A stretch of DNA of 64,000 bases. Origin: Alphaproteobacteria bacterium. GTDB taxonomy: Bacteria; Pseudomonadota; Alphaproteobacteria; MPNO01; UBA830. The position numbers were made by a program, and so were the translations under genes. Below the pieces are notes generated by a model. That model was not told the DNA's origin. It searched no databases and worked only from the letters and a program-made list of their open reading frames with translations. Each line of letters starts with the position of its first letter. Positions within the stretch are counted from its first letter, which is position 1. Location: positions 448,001-512,000 of the forward strand of contig OZ219790.1 of NCBI GenBank assembly GCA_964291215.2, in the 5' to 3' direction. This document shows positions 20,988 through 32,520 of this stretch, one piece after another.

Positions 20988-22306
20988 TCAGGCGGCGATG
21001 CGCTCGCCCCAGGGCGCGGGTTGCCGCCACGGGCTGTCCCCGTGGTCGCACCACAGCACCGGGAACGGGGGCTCCGTCTCCGGATAGCGGGAGCATTCCA
21101 TGTCGGTGAAGTAGAGGCACACGCCCGGTTGTATCCCCTGCTCGTCGAGCCACTCGAAGCCCGGGCGGAAGTCCGTGCCGCCCCGCCCCTTCAGCGCGAT
21201 CTCTTCGGGGAGGTCGTCGGGCGCGTATTCCGCCGCGTCCTGCAGCGCTGCATCGACCTGGAGCACGACGACGCGCCCGGGCCGGATGTCTGCCGCGACC
21301 TCGCGCAGTTCGGCCCGGAACGCGGCCAGCGTCTCCGCCGGCAGCGAGCCCGAGGTGTCGATGATGACGGCAATCGTATCCATGCCCTCGGAACGGATCG
21401 AGGGGAGATAGAGGCCGGAGTCGATGAAGCGCCGGTTGGGGACGCTCCAGGAATAGTCGCTCTTCGCCGCGTCGGTCATGTGGCGGCGCAGCAGCGAGCG
21501 CCAGTCGAGCGCGCCCGCATGGGCGCCGCGGACGGTTTCCTCGACCGCGCCGGGCAATCTGCCTTCGGCCCTGGCGAGACCGAGCGCCTGGTGCATGGCC
21601 TCGTCCCAGGCCTGTTCTTCCAGCGTCATGTCGCCCGGCGAAGGCGCGCCGTCCCCGGCGCCGCCCGCCGGCGCGTCCATGACCTCGCCGGTGCCCGACG
21701 GATCGCAGCTTGCGTCGCCGCCGTTGTCATCGTTGCCGGAACCGCCGTCATCGTTCGAAGCGTCTGCCGAAGCATCCGCCTCCCTGTCATCGCCCGGTCG
21801 GACGGGTCGCTCCCGTCGGGCATGGGAGCGCCTGCCGAACCGGCGCCGGCATCTCCGCTGCCGGACGGGGGATTGCCGGCATCGCCGGATCCACCTTCGT
21901 CCGGCTTCGGCAATTGCTCGTATGCTTCCTCGACGCTGATCCCGTCCCACGCTTCCGCGTCGGGCGGCAGGGTGAAGCCGGCATCGCGCAGCAGGCCGTG
22001 GGTGACGAGCTGCGAGGCCAGCTGCCAGCGTTCCGGGTCGCGTTCGCCCCGGCGCGTGTGGTGCTTCAGCGCGCAGGCCAGCACCACCCGGGCGATCGCG
22101 GTCCCGATAAGGTGCGCCCCGGTCTCCGCGATTCATTGCGGCGAATAGCGGATCTCCCGCCCGTCGCTCGCCAGCGTCTTGCGGCCGGCGTCGGCGCGGA
22201 CCGGCAGGCGGAGCGCCAGGGTGCCGAAGAAGGGCTGCTCCCGCAGCAGCGCGGTCACGCAGCGGCTCACCCGCTGCGCCGACTCCGGGCAAGGGCGGGC
22301 GGCCAT
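20988..22306 (-). pseudogene. DUF2201 N-domain plus VWA-like domain protein, with internal stop and frameshift
   Basis: PFFGTLAL, LKHHTRRG.RDP..W, LDWRSLL, WSVPNRR, IDTSGS (MIDAS), GRGGTDFRP, YFTD; TGA at 22133. Confidence 0.85.
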
Positions 22307-23204
22307 CACGCGGCCTCCCGCACCGGCGCCGTCCCTGCCTCCGGCGCGAAATACCCCGCGAACCTCTCCGCCAGCGCATCCGCGTCGCGCTTCACCCGCG
22401 CGCGGGCGACCGGATCGAAACTCTTCGACGGCCTGAGCGCGTCCGGCTCGACGCCGGCGATCTTCTCCTTCACCTGCCCGCAGAGCCGGGCGAGTTCGTC
22501 GTCGCCGAAGATATTGAGCCGCGGCACGATGTCGACAAGGTCGCGGATGTTGCCGATCATCGAGTCCCGGAACACCAGCGGCTTGCCCTCGCCGTCCTCC
22601 CGCAGGCGTTCGGAGACCCGCTCCACGGCATCGCCGAGGCGCCGGTAGAGGTCGCCCACCGCGCCGTGCAGCCGCTCCTCCACCTGGTTCTCGATGTCGC
22701 GCTTCACCCGGTCGGTGTCGTCGGAGGCGAGCTTCGCCATGAAATGGTCGGCACCGGGACGATCCGCCAGCGCAGGCCGAACCTGTCCCGGAGCGCCTCC
22801 TTCGAGGGATAGTCCCCGATGCGGAACAGCTTGCCGAGGTCGAGCCGGGCCTTTTCGATATTGTCGTCATAGTCCTCGATGAAGCGGGCGCGCTCGCGCA
22901 CCATGCGCTCGCGCAAGGACTCCATCAGCCCGGTGTAGCGCTCGTGGTTGGCGACGGGGAGCAGCCGGCTCCCCCGGTCGTCCCAGGGCAGGGTCTGGGC
23001 GTCGTGGGCCGCGCGCGCCGCGCTGACGGTGGCGTTGAGGGCGGCGAAGGCGGTTCGGGGCAGCAGGCACTTGTTGTAGCGCCCGGCGCTGACGCTCGCC
23101 TCGTGGTGGACGGCGACATGGGTGCTGGCCTGGCGGTCATGGAGCCGGCCCGACCAAGCGGCGATGCGCAGGCTGACCAGCATGGCGTCGTGGCTGAGAT
23201 TCAT
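22306..23204 (-). pseudogene. DUF3150-like protein, frameshifted
   Basis: AMLVSLRI..WSG, AGRYNK.LL, TLPW, GKLFRIGDYPS, FRDSMIGN, LNIFGD; frameshift near 22745. Confidence 0.7.
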
Positions 23205-23344
23205 CGGCGTTGTCTCCCTTGCAGTGGTTATCGGAGGGTCCATACGGGGAGGTTCGGAGCGGCGGCGAGACCGGATGCCCGCACGGCGCAGCTGCGCGTC
23301 TCCCGGCGGGTAGTGGATGAGTCGCCGGACCGCGGGATACTCCG

Positions 23345-24337
23345 TCATTGCGTGCGTGCGGCGGCCCAGCGGATGAAGGCCGGCGAGTGCTGGAGGGCGG
23401 CGGATGCAGGACCCGACCAGGAACTCGCCGACCTCCCGGCGCAGGCGCCCGGCATAGGTGACGATGGCGTCGAGCGTGATGTCGTCGGCCATGCGGTAGA
23501 GCACGCCGCAGAGCGCGATCAGCGCGCTCGCGTTGTCCGGCACGACCGCGTTCCCGGGATCGTCGAGCACGGCCCGGGGATGGGGCAGTTCGCGCCATAC
23601 CTTCAGGAAGGCCGAGAACTCGACCGCCGCCGCCTCGCCCACCGTGCCCCGGAACAGCGCCCGCTCGACAGAGGGGTCGGGACCGGCGCGCCGGTTGACG
23701 ATGCCGGAGACCATCTCCCAGGTCCGGGGGCAGCAGAACGCCTTCTCCTGCGGATCGAAGCGGTGCAGCAGGTCCGGGCGCATCCGGATGTAGAACAGCA
23801 CCTCGGGCGCGATGCCGTTGGCCGCCCCCCAGGCGAGCCAGTCTTCCGCGTCCACCCGGACCTCCAGATGGACAAAGCGCGAGGCGTCGGCATGCGGTGG
23901 ACCACGCCGCGGTCGCTCTCGCGGTTGCCGCAGGCGATCAGCGAGGCGCCCTCGGGCAGCTCGTATTCGCCGACCTTGCGGTCGAGCACCAGCTGGTAGA
24001 GCGCCGCCTGCACCATCGGCACGGCCGAGGGCAGTTCCTCCAGGTTGATGAGCCAGCGGCCGGGGTCGTCCGCCGGCGGCAGGAAGGCGGGCGGCGCCCA
24101 GCGGGTGCGCCCGTCCGCGTCGCGCCACGGGATGCCGCGCAGGTCCACCGGATCGAGCAGCAGCGCGCGCACGTCGACATAGCGGCGCGAACCCTCGGCG
24201 GCGGCCTGCTGCGCGAGCGCGCTCTTGGCGCAGCCCGGCGCGCCCCACAGGATGCAGGGCTGGCGCGCCTCGACCAGCAGCGCCAGGGTCGGCGCAAGCT
24301 CGCGCAGCGTGTAGTCGGCGGAAACGGTGTCGGTCAT
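23345..24337 (-). pseudogene. MoxR-like AAA+ ATPase, frameshifted
   Basis: WGAPGCAKS (Walker A), DPVDLRGIP, INLEE (Walker B), ACGNR, SRFVH, CPRTWE. Confidence 0.85.
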
Positions 24338-24828
24338 CGGCGGCCTCCGGAATGGCGGAAATGCGGCGCGGGCTCCCTCCGGGCGCCCGGCCGTTCACCC
24401 GAACCTCCGCGGCCCTTTCCTCATCGTGCCGGGGGAGCTTGTGCCGGCGCGCCAGGCGGGGGCCGGCACAGGACGGGAATGTGCGGTCAGGCGCCGACCG
24501 GATCCGCCGGGGTCTTCGAGGTCGCCAGCCAGGGAAACGCCGGTCGGTTCCGGAAGCGGCCTGCCGATGGCAGGGTGTCCGGCTGCCGGGCTTTCGGGCG
24601 CGGCGTGTGTTGAAACCGGCCTCCGGACGGATTATGGGTTGCAACGGCGGGTTCGCTGCGGCCGTGCGGGCGCGGCGCAGGTTTGGAATTCGGCAAGGGA
24701 GGATGGGGCCATGACGCGGATGCCCGGCGATGTCGGGATGCATGACCTGCGGCTCTTCGGGCGGGGCATGAGCGCCTCACGCGCGAACCCGAACTCGTTG
24801 TACCCCCCCCCTCAAGAGTCAGGGCTAG

Positions 24829-26814
24829 CCCTGCCGTGTCATGACAAATCTGGTTGACAATGGTTTACGTGTTCACGCGTGTCTTTGTCCATCCCGGAAC
24901 CCGATTTCCCGGCCGATTTGGTGACCCAGTGCGGCGCTGGTGTGTCTGGCCACATGATCTGGTGACCCGGGCGTGCTGCGGTAGCCGCCGAGATGGGCGA
25001 CCAGGTGCACCGCATCGGCGAGACGCTCCGGTTCCTTCAGGGCGTACTTGTGTGCGTAGTCGCGCGAGTTCGCTGTCGGTGAACATCAGCTGCGGCTCGC
25101 ACCTGGCGGCCGAGCAGGGTCATGACCATGATGCGCCATGCGATGACGGCGTTGATCGCCCGCTGCAGGCGGTGCGGAACAGCAGGTGTTCCACCCTGCA
25201 TCCGGATTTGAGCACGTAATCCTCGATTCGCCAGCGCTGAAGGTAGAAGCCGACGATGTCGGCCGCCTCCTTCGCCAACCCGCACGGTGGTCAGCAGGCA
25301 CCGGGATCCTCACCCTCGGGCGCTCCCTGACCCCGTGCAGGGACACCGGCTTCGCGCTGGGGGCGGTGCCCGTCACGGGTGACGGACCGTAACTCGCCAG
25401 GCGCTTCTGTCGCGCGGGCCTTCTTCCGGCTGGCTTGCTCCGTCAGTCCCTCGATCTCAATCAGGCCGCCGGCCATGACGGCGAACAGCCTTCCCTCCTT
25501 CAGCACCCTGTCATGCTTGGCGCGCAGATCGACGCGGGGCAAGCGCGTGTCGAACAGCTCGAAGATGTCGGCTTCCCGACGGAGATGACGCGCGTCTTGC
25601 CGCCGGGGTGGCAGCGCCTTGAACCCCTCGAGCTGCGGCGTGTCTCCTGCGACCGGGGCTTCACCGGACCCAGCACCCCGAGTGGCAGGTCAGTCACCGC
25701 CAGGGTCGCGTGCAGGCTTGAGGCCCCGGTCTGGTTCTCACCTGCAGGCCGTCGCAGCCGGGAGAAGTTCAGGTCCGTGCCGCAAGAACCGTCTTCTGGC
25801 CACGGATGCGCCGGATGCTGCGCTCACGGTGCGGCGCAAGAATGTTCGCCGGCGTGATCTCCGAGGGCGACCATCCGGTAAAACGCATTGATCGCGGTGT
25901 TGTCGGCGCTGGGAGACGCATTGATCTTCTGACCGGCCGCCAGAAGGCTGGCGCTCCAGGCGCGCAGAAAGTCGCTTGTCACCCCCCTCCAAACTCGTTC
26001 TGCGCCCAGTCGTTCAGACCTTCGCCCGGCGAGGGCGCATGATCGACCTCCCCAGCTTCCTGCGCGCTCCAGTTCGGCCACGAAGACCGTCTTCACCGTC
26101 TCCCAGTGCTCCCGATCCTGCCGGCCTTCGGTCCTGCACAGGAAGTTGGCTGCGCGCAGGCAGGGTAACCTTCATCGGCAAAACTGAGCCATGGTCGAAA
26201 CGGTCCTCGAAGTCACGCGGCGCAGGATGCGCACATGGCTGGGCGGGCAGAGCACCTGATCAAGAAACGGCTCAGACAGACGATCCGCTGCAGGTGGTTC
26301 CGGCGCTGCCCGTCGTTCCATCCAGCGGTCCCGCGCCGCGCGGCGGCGGCAAACCCCGCCACCCGTGCGCCGAGCCCACGAGATATTGGCAGCCGGCGAA
26401 GGTCGTCGCGGGTGTTCACGCGCAATCAGCGTGACCGCTCGGTCAATACGATCCCCGACCACGATGATCTCGAGATCCCGAATGCGCGCGCCGGAACCTC
26501 TGCAGCGATACCAACAGGCGAGGCCGGCGGTCGATTGTCGGTGACTTCGGCACCGGCAGGACGATCTCCGGGCGCCCTCAGCGCCTTCATGCAGCCGGCA
26601 AGCTGCAGACGGCCGCGCGCGTCGACAAAGGCAAACTCCTCGCAGACGACCCAGAGCCGACCGGCTGTCGAACTGCTCACAGGACAGCAGCGACGCGATC
26701 CGCGCAACTGCTGCCTCGTCCCGCAATGTGCGGCTGATCTGAGACTGTGACATGGGACACTTATGCCACGCCGAAACACCGTTGTCCAGCTAAAATTTCC
26801 GTGACATGCGAGGG
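24829..26814 (-). mobile_element. Degenerate IS4-family (Tn5/IS50-like) element with an N-terminal DUF4338/DruA domain, copy 1
   Basis: CTAG on both sides (24825-28, 26815-18); related ends CCCTGCCGTGTCATGA and CCCTCGCATGTCACGG; remnants RIVCLSRFLIR, AINAFYR, DLNFS, ADIFELF, AINAVIAWRIMVMTLLGR, HLGGY. Confidence 0.85.
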
Positions 26815-26818
26815 CTAG

Positions 26819-27022
26819 GGGCTCAGCCGGTGGGCGCCCCCGGGAGAACCGCCCGCCGCCTGAGCGCGGGACTCGCCTTCGTCTTCTTCGCGCTGGTGGT
26901 GCTCTCCGCACCCGAAAATGCGCATGCGGCCAAGACCGTCACCATATCGACCGCGTCAACCACGATCACCGAGGGCGATTCCGGCAAGAAGGATGTGACG
27001 ACCAACGTCAAGCTCGGGGAAG
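26819..27022 (+). pseudogene. Fragment of a secreted Calx-beta-like adhesin gene
   Basis: Signal-peptide-like LAFVFFALVVLSAPENAHA followed by VTISTASTTITEGDSG; cut by IS on both sides. Confidence 0.5.
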
Positions 27023-27770
27023 GTAAGCGTTCGTTCGTACGGTGAGGTGTTGCTGTTTTCGTCCGTTCGACGGGCTTTCGTCAGGGAGTTCCAGCGTCAC
27101 CTGGAGCGGTTTCGTGCGCCGCCGGGCCGGATGCGCGGTGAGGGGCACTGGTGCCATGCCGTGTTTTTCGCATTGGTTGCCGTTTGTCCCGGCGCTGCGG
27201 AGGAGGAGCTGAGCGCTATCCTGTGCCGGTTGCAGGGTTCGGCGATTGAGGGTCCGCTTCCTGTCCTTGCGAAGCGGGCAGAGCCAGATGTCCTTCTTCG
27301 GCTTGTCGGCCCTGTCATGTCGGTCGTAGCGGCCGCGCCCCTTGGTTGTTCCGACGCGGATCTGGCCCGCGGCCCGGTAGACGCCGCCGCTGTGGCGCGG
27401 GACCTCGACCAAGGTCTCACAGGGCGTGGTGTTGTAGCGCGCGGTTCAGTCTCCATGCGGCGGTCCAGAAGCCGAGCATGGCCAGCGGCTCGCCGTTCCG
27501 GTCATGGGCCGCGTAGCGGATCTGCGCGCCGACCAGGCGCGTGTATCCGAGGCAGTGTTAGCGGGCGACGAACTCGTTCCACAACCGGCCTTCCCGGGTG
27601 CCCACGATCCGGAAGTCGGCGGGCGGAGCTCGTCGAGAGTCTTCGGGGCTACGGCTCGGTGTCCGACGTGATCAGCTTCGGGGCCGGCGGGGTCCGGGCT
27701 GGCGGCGGCAGAAGGCGCGGGCGATGGCCAAACGGGTCCGCTCCGTGATCGTCACCCGTGGTGGCCTTGT
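27023..27770 (-). mobile_element. Right end plus DUF4338/DruA passenger of an IS66-family element (partial, degenerate)
   Basis: Terminus GTAAGCGTTCGTTCG; remnants GYTRLVGAQIRY, ETLVE, GGVYRAAG, VGTTKGRGRYDR, KKDIWLCPL; homologous to 41710-42171 and 62575-63112. Confidence 0.8.
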
Positions 27771-27867
27771 ATTCGAGCGTTTCCGACTCTCCGGCGGCAA
27801 CGATTGCGTAAATCTGCTCAGGCGTCATGGGCTATTACCATCGCGGAGTCCCGCACTATGCGTGCTT

Positions 27868-28942
27868 CTATGGAATCGCTTCCGAACCCATATCGGTTGG
27901 TAAGGGCTCCAAGGTCTGCACGATCTCCTCCAGAATATCGAATACCTTTTCAAAGTGCCGAAAGTCTTCGTCCGTGCCTTCGTTACGTAGCCAATCGCAG
28001 AGATTTCTTTTCTCGTCCTTATTTACACTCCAACATTCTGGAACTTCCTCTTGCCGTCCTCTAATGGTTCTGGCATGAGATGAGGCGATATCTATAAATC
28101 TCGGGTGATGTTTCCGAGCCCTCTCCAAAGTTGTCCTATCAAAAAGATTCTCGACACCTTTCTTTATGGGATGATTTTCGAAGTAAGGCATTTTCCTTTT
28201 GTAGATGCTGTCTTCCCTGTCTTCCCTGTCTTGGCTTTCCGGATCATGCAGCAAGATTATCATCTTTTCAGACAATGTGTCAACATTTGCAAGCTTTTTT
28301 AGGCTCGTCCATATCATCTTCAGATTTCCATTACCCCCAGAGCATTTAATTTCGAATTTTTCCAGGACGTCATTTTTCCCAAGGAACATTGCCGCACTCC
28401 TAAGGTAATCTCGATCTGTTTCACCTTCAACGATTATCATCAAATGTTGTGCACTTTCAACCAAATACCGAACCTCATTTGAAAATCTTGTAGTGTCCTT
28501 ATACGCCTGAAATGCTTGATCGAACTCGTCAAACTCCTCTGGAGAGATGCGAGAGCCGCTCGGAAGGTCATAGATCTCGAATCCGTCGTCTCCAAACACC
28601 TTTGCCATTCCGAGGGCAAACAACACCGAATGCGTAGTCATTACAAACTGAATTTGAGGAAACATCCGAATCAGTGTCGGGAGTATATCGTGCTGATGTC
28701 GTGAATGAAGATGCAGGTCAACCTCATCAACTACTACAATCCCTTTCACGGTTTCGATCGAAGTAAAAGGTATATTCCGCGCTTCCCTGAGGTCAAAATC
28801 CCTCAGTATGGAAAAAAACAGTGTTAACAGAGTCATCTCTCCGCTGGACAGCTGGAAGAGATTAGGGACCAATGCCTGCTGATCGTCCTCCAAGCTTATG
28901 ACTCGATTGTGTCTCCCGCCGATACCAAACCGAAGATTTTTC
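27868..28942 (-). pseudogene. C-terminal half of an ABC/AAA_21 ATPase-TOPRIM (OLD-like) protein
   Basis: LSSGE signature, VVVDEVDLHLH (Walker B), TTHS, IIVEGETD (TOPRIM); low GC. Confidence 0.85.
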
Positions 28943-29038
28943 GTAACTGCCCAGGTCTGCTTCCGGCGATCAGCCACGGGTTATGGACTGAAGCTTCCGG
29001 TCTGCTGCCGCGGACGCGGAGGCGAGCGGCGGGGGATT

Positions 29039-30430
29039 TCAGAGGCGCAGTCTCGGGATCAGCTGCATGGGATCGGGATGCGCCAGGGTTTCGAGGACAT
29101 TCCAGCGTTGCTTTCGGGCTGTTGCGATGACGGAACGCAGGCTGGCGAAGTCGCGGGCGCCTTGCATTGATCGGAAGCCGCCCGAGATTTTCTGGCGCAG
29201 CTTGCCCATGCGGAGGTCGCGCTCGGCCTGGTTGTTCGAGAAGGGGGTTCTCGGGTCGGTGAGGAAGCGCAGGCAGCCCTCCTTGTATTTCTGGAGCCGG
29301 AGGGCGAGGTTGTGACCGATGCGGCGCTTTTGTCGTCCGTGCTTTCCGCTCTGGAGGGGCGCCATCTCTTCGTGAGAGGCGATGGCCTGCTCAAGGATGC
29401 GGTCCCAGGCTCGGGAGATGCGGGCCACCAGTGAAGCGGGCAGGTCGCGGTCATTCTTGCGGGCGAAGCGGGCGGCTCTGTTGGCACGGCTGAGGAGCCG
29501 GTGCGTGGTGGCTGCCCAGTTCTCGATCTCGATCAGGGCTTGGAGTTCGCGCAGGTGATGGGCATTGCAGGCCCCGTGGCGCACGCCTTGGAGAGCGAAG
29601 TAGGTGGCGTAGTCGTCATGGATGACGATGCCGTTGAGCTTCTCGTCGATGTGGCTGCGCCCGGCGGCGATGCGCAGGATGGTCAGCAACGGGGTGCACA
29701 GTACGTGGAGCCATTGGGTCCGGGCGGCGATGCGGATGCCGGTCTCGTCGAGGTGTTTGACCGGGGCCGCGGTGCGGATGATCTCGCCGACACGGTCGAG
29801 GAAGCCCTCGAAGCGCCGGGCGGTGCGTCTGCCCATGGCGGCGATGGTGGCGGTTGAGAGCCTGACCGCGAAGAGGTCGCTCATGACTTCGGCGACGCGC
29901 TTCTCCGGAATGAACTGCGCGTGCAGCAGGTAGGTCACCCACGCGGTGATACGCGGCCCGTACTGGACCGGGGCGCCGTTCGGGAAGACGGCTGTCGTCA
30001 CGGTGCCGCAGGCGGCACAGAGGCAGCGGTGCTCGGTGACCTCAAGGGGCTGCGGCACATCGAAGACCTGCCGGCAGACGGGGGCTCGGTGACGCTCAGC
30101 GGCCGACAGCGGCGCGCCGCAGCCCGCACAGGCGCAGGGATCATGATCGACGACGTGGTCGGGCGTCGCGGTCCGCTCCAGAGTGGTTCCCTTGTGGCTG
30201 ACCGCCGCCTGTCGGACGTGCCGCTCCGGGTGCGCTGGGGTCCGCTCTTCTTCTTCAGACCGTCGCTGGCCGGCGACCGGGAGCTGGTGGTGCTGTCGAG
30301 CGCGGCACTGCGCTCGAGTTCGGCAATCCGCTCGCGCAAGTGGGCGTTCTCCCGCTCCAGCGCGTCGTTCTCCCTGACCAGCGCCGCGCTCAGGCGCAGC
30401 AGCCCCTGGCCCGGATGGCTTTGATGACCG
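29039..30430 (-). pseudogene. IS66 transposase, frameshifted in the N-terminal third
   Basis: DSTTSSRSPASD, VQYGPR, HLDETG, HDDYATY, HGACNAHHLREL, FSNNQAERDLR, KISGGFRS. Confidence 0.9.
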
Positions 30431-30512
30431 TCATCGCCAGGCATTGTGGGGTGAAAAGGTCCTGCAGGCACGCAAAAGCCTCGTCGTGGCCGGCGAGGTC
30501 CTCGCGCCACCG

Positions 30513-31172
30513 TCACGGGACCTCGACGGCCATGATCGCGGCCAGCACCGCCAGGCGTTCGCCCGCCGGCATGGCCTCGTAGAGCCGGCCCCAGTTGGCC
30601 GCCTTGCGCTTGATGCGCTGGCGGTCGGTGAAGTTCCGGCCGGCGAAGCGCGCCCAGTGCACCCGGTCGGGCGCGAAGTTGAACCACACCACCTCGGTCC
30701 GCACCCGGGCCTGGGTCGTCACCTGCAGCGCCAGCCGGCGCCAGCCCGACAGCAGGTCGTCATAGAGCGCAGACGGGTGGCCCGAGACCATCACCTGGCA
30801 GGGCAGACCCTTGAGCAGCTCAAGCAGCGCGACGTGGTCGGCCTCCGCATACTCGAAGCGGTAGCGCTGCGACGAACGCCGGGTCGCGTGCAGATAGGGC
30901 GGATCGCTGTAGACCAGCTCCGGGCCCAGAAACGCAAACGACGCCAGAAAGGAGTGGGCGCAGCCATGCACCAACTCCACCGGGTAGTCGCAGCCAAAGG
31001 CCTCAAGCGCCCGCTCATCGAGGTCGATCCCGATCGAGCGCACGGCAGCAGGCTTGCGCTTCATCAGCGCACCGCCCCCCAGGTGACTCTCGATATAGAC
31101 AGAGTGCGGCGGCATCAGCGCAATCAGCGCCTGGCTCAGACCCGTCGTCGCCTTCGATCCGAAATACCCCAC
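30513..31172 (-). CDS. D12-class (Dam-like) N6-adenine DNA methyltransferase, IS66 passenger
   Basis: YFGSK, YIESHLGGGA (SAM-binding motif), YSDPPY (catalytic), MVSG, E..W.N; open frame. Confidence 0.88.
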   Translation of the reverse strand: MGYFGSKATTGLSQALIALMPPHSVYIESHLGGGALMKRKPAAVRSIGIDLDERALEAFGCDYPVELVHGCAHSFLASFAFLGPELVYSDPPYLHATRRSSQRYRFEYAEADHVALLELLKGLPCQVMVSGHPSALYDDLLSGWRRLALQVTTQARVRTEVVWFNFAPDRVHWARFAGRNFTDRQRIKRKAANWGRLYEAMPAGERLAVLAAIMAVEVP

Positions 31173-31299
31173 CAGCCGCTCCTCCCATGCGAGAGGGCAA
31201 CCCATAGGCGCGCGCGCCTATGCAGTCAAGGCCGAGAGCAGCGACACGGCGAACAAAATCAGCAAGCTCTCACACTTGGCAGGGTACCTGGGTAGTTAC

Positions 31300-32140
31300 G
31301 ATTTTTCTTTGCCGCCAATTCTGGCATAACGGCATGCAAGATTTCCAGTACCGAATTGTACATATTTGTTGCATCGCCTTGATACCCAAGAAACAGGGGA
31401 AGCATTGCAGTTTGCTTCTGCTCCTTATCCGGAGCAGCGGGAAGGGAAATGGGAATGTTGCCCGATTGTATTTCGAAAGCTGCACGGTCATAGGCAACGT
31501 CATACAACCAATCGTGGATGTCTCGAAGCGGCGAGTGAGCGATCAATCGACGTCGAGTTTCTCCTTCCCGGCGAGAGCCTTGTGTATAATGTGGCTTGGC
31601 GCGTAGATTGTCCTTATTCAGCCAAGCTGGTTCTTCAGTACGATTGGATGGAAAATAGAGCAAACAATTTTCTGATATTATGTTTTTTACGGCCGTGATT
31701 TGTGAAGGATCCAGTATGTTAGATTTGAAGTGATCCATTTCTTCGTCATCGAAGTGAGCTTCCCAAGCATCAAACCCGGGGCTGCCGTCTGGCATCGGTG
31801 CTTGGGTATACTCTTTCCTTGGTTTTCTCAGGCGGAGTTCTTGAATAAAATATTCAGGATGAAAGTCACATCTAGCATAATAATATTCGGCCCCAACGGA
31901 GATGTAGGAGCTGCTGCGCAGCTTGAATACCCTGTCGGCATCCAATTCTCTCGATTCCAGATAAACGCTGTCCTTGGCAATCACCATGGCATTGACTATG
32001 TGGGAAAGGACTATGGTCTTGCCGGAGCCGTTTTCGCCAACAAGCAAAACGGGTTTCGGTCGATCTCCGTCGAACGGGAAGTGGAGGTCAAGATTCCGGA
32101 GCGGGCCGTAGTTTGCCAGCTGAAGCCATGTCAGGTACAT
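31300..32140 (-). pseudogene. N-terminal half of the OLD-like ATPase-TOPRIM protein
   Basis: LQLANYGP, LLVGENGSGKT (Walker A), YFPSNR; rejoins 27868..28934 in frame (AAKKN|LRFGIG), giving 635 aa. Confidence 0.88.
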
Positions 32141-32232
32141 GTGGTCATTCCCTTGGATGGTCGGTGCTTTAGCGCCAGGTCAGCATCCGCCAAGAGGCGA
32201 AAGTTCCTGACCGTGACTTTATGAAGGTGCAT
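32131..32232 (-). pseudogene. N-terminal stub of a second ATP-dependent nuclease-like gene
   Basis: MHLHKVTVRNFRLLAD, a typical start of SMC/OLD ATPases. Confidence 0.4.
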
Positions 32233-32369
32233 GTGCGGGCCTGTGTGTCGGGGGATATGTGTCGGGCAGGCGAGGTCGAGTTTCCCTGAAGCTTCGAGAG
32301 TACAGTTCCCAGCAGCCGAAAGCACCATGATCCAGAAGGAACCCAAGTCAGGTGCATAGCACAGACTCC

Positions 32370-32480
32370 ACGCGGCCGCACCTCAGCGGCGCGGATCGCG
32401 CCTGCCGTTCGGCGAGACGCCGCTCGGGCGTACTGCCGCGGGTGTCGGCCTCGATGCCCGCCTTCGGCAGGGTGCAGGCG
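32370..32480 (-). pseudogene. IS66 TnpC fragment
   Basis: IEADTRGSTPERRLAERQARSAPL, similar to 40740-40800. Confidence 0.6.
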
Positions 32481-32520
32481 TTGCCCAAAACCTTCATGGT
32501 CTCTGCGTTCTGAGCCGCCC

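Larger units (their letters stand above)
28943..31299 (-). mobile_element. IS66-family element (single-transposase type) carrying a DNA adenine methyltransferase
   Basis: Ends GTAACTGCCCAG and CTGGGTAGTTAC; 8-bp target duplication GATTTTTC at 28935-28942 and 31300-31307. Confidence 0.92.

Noticed and set aside
282-24337. Frameshifts in backbone genes as programmed recoding
   Set aside because: No consistent slippery sequences, and they occur together with in-frame stops and small deletions; decay or sequence error is simpler.
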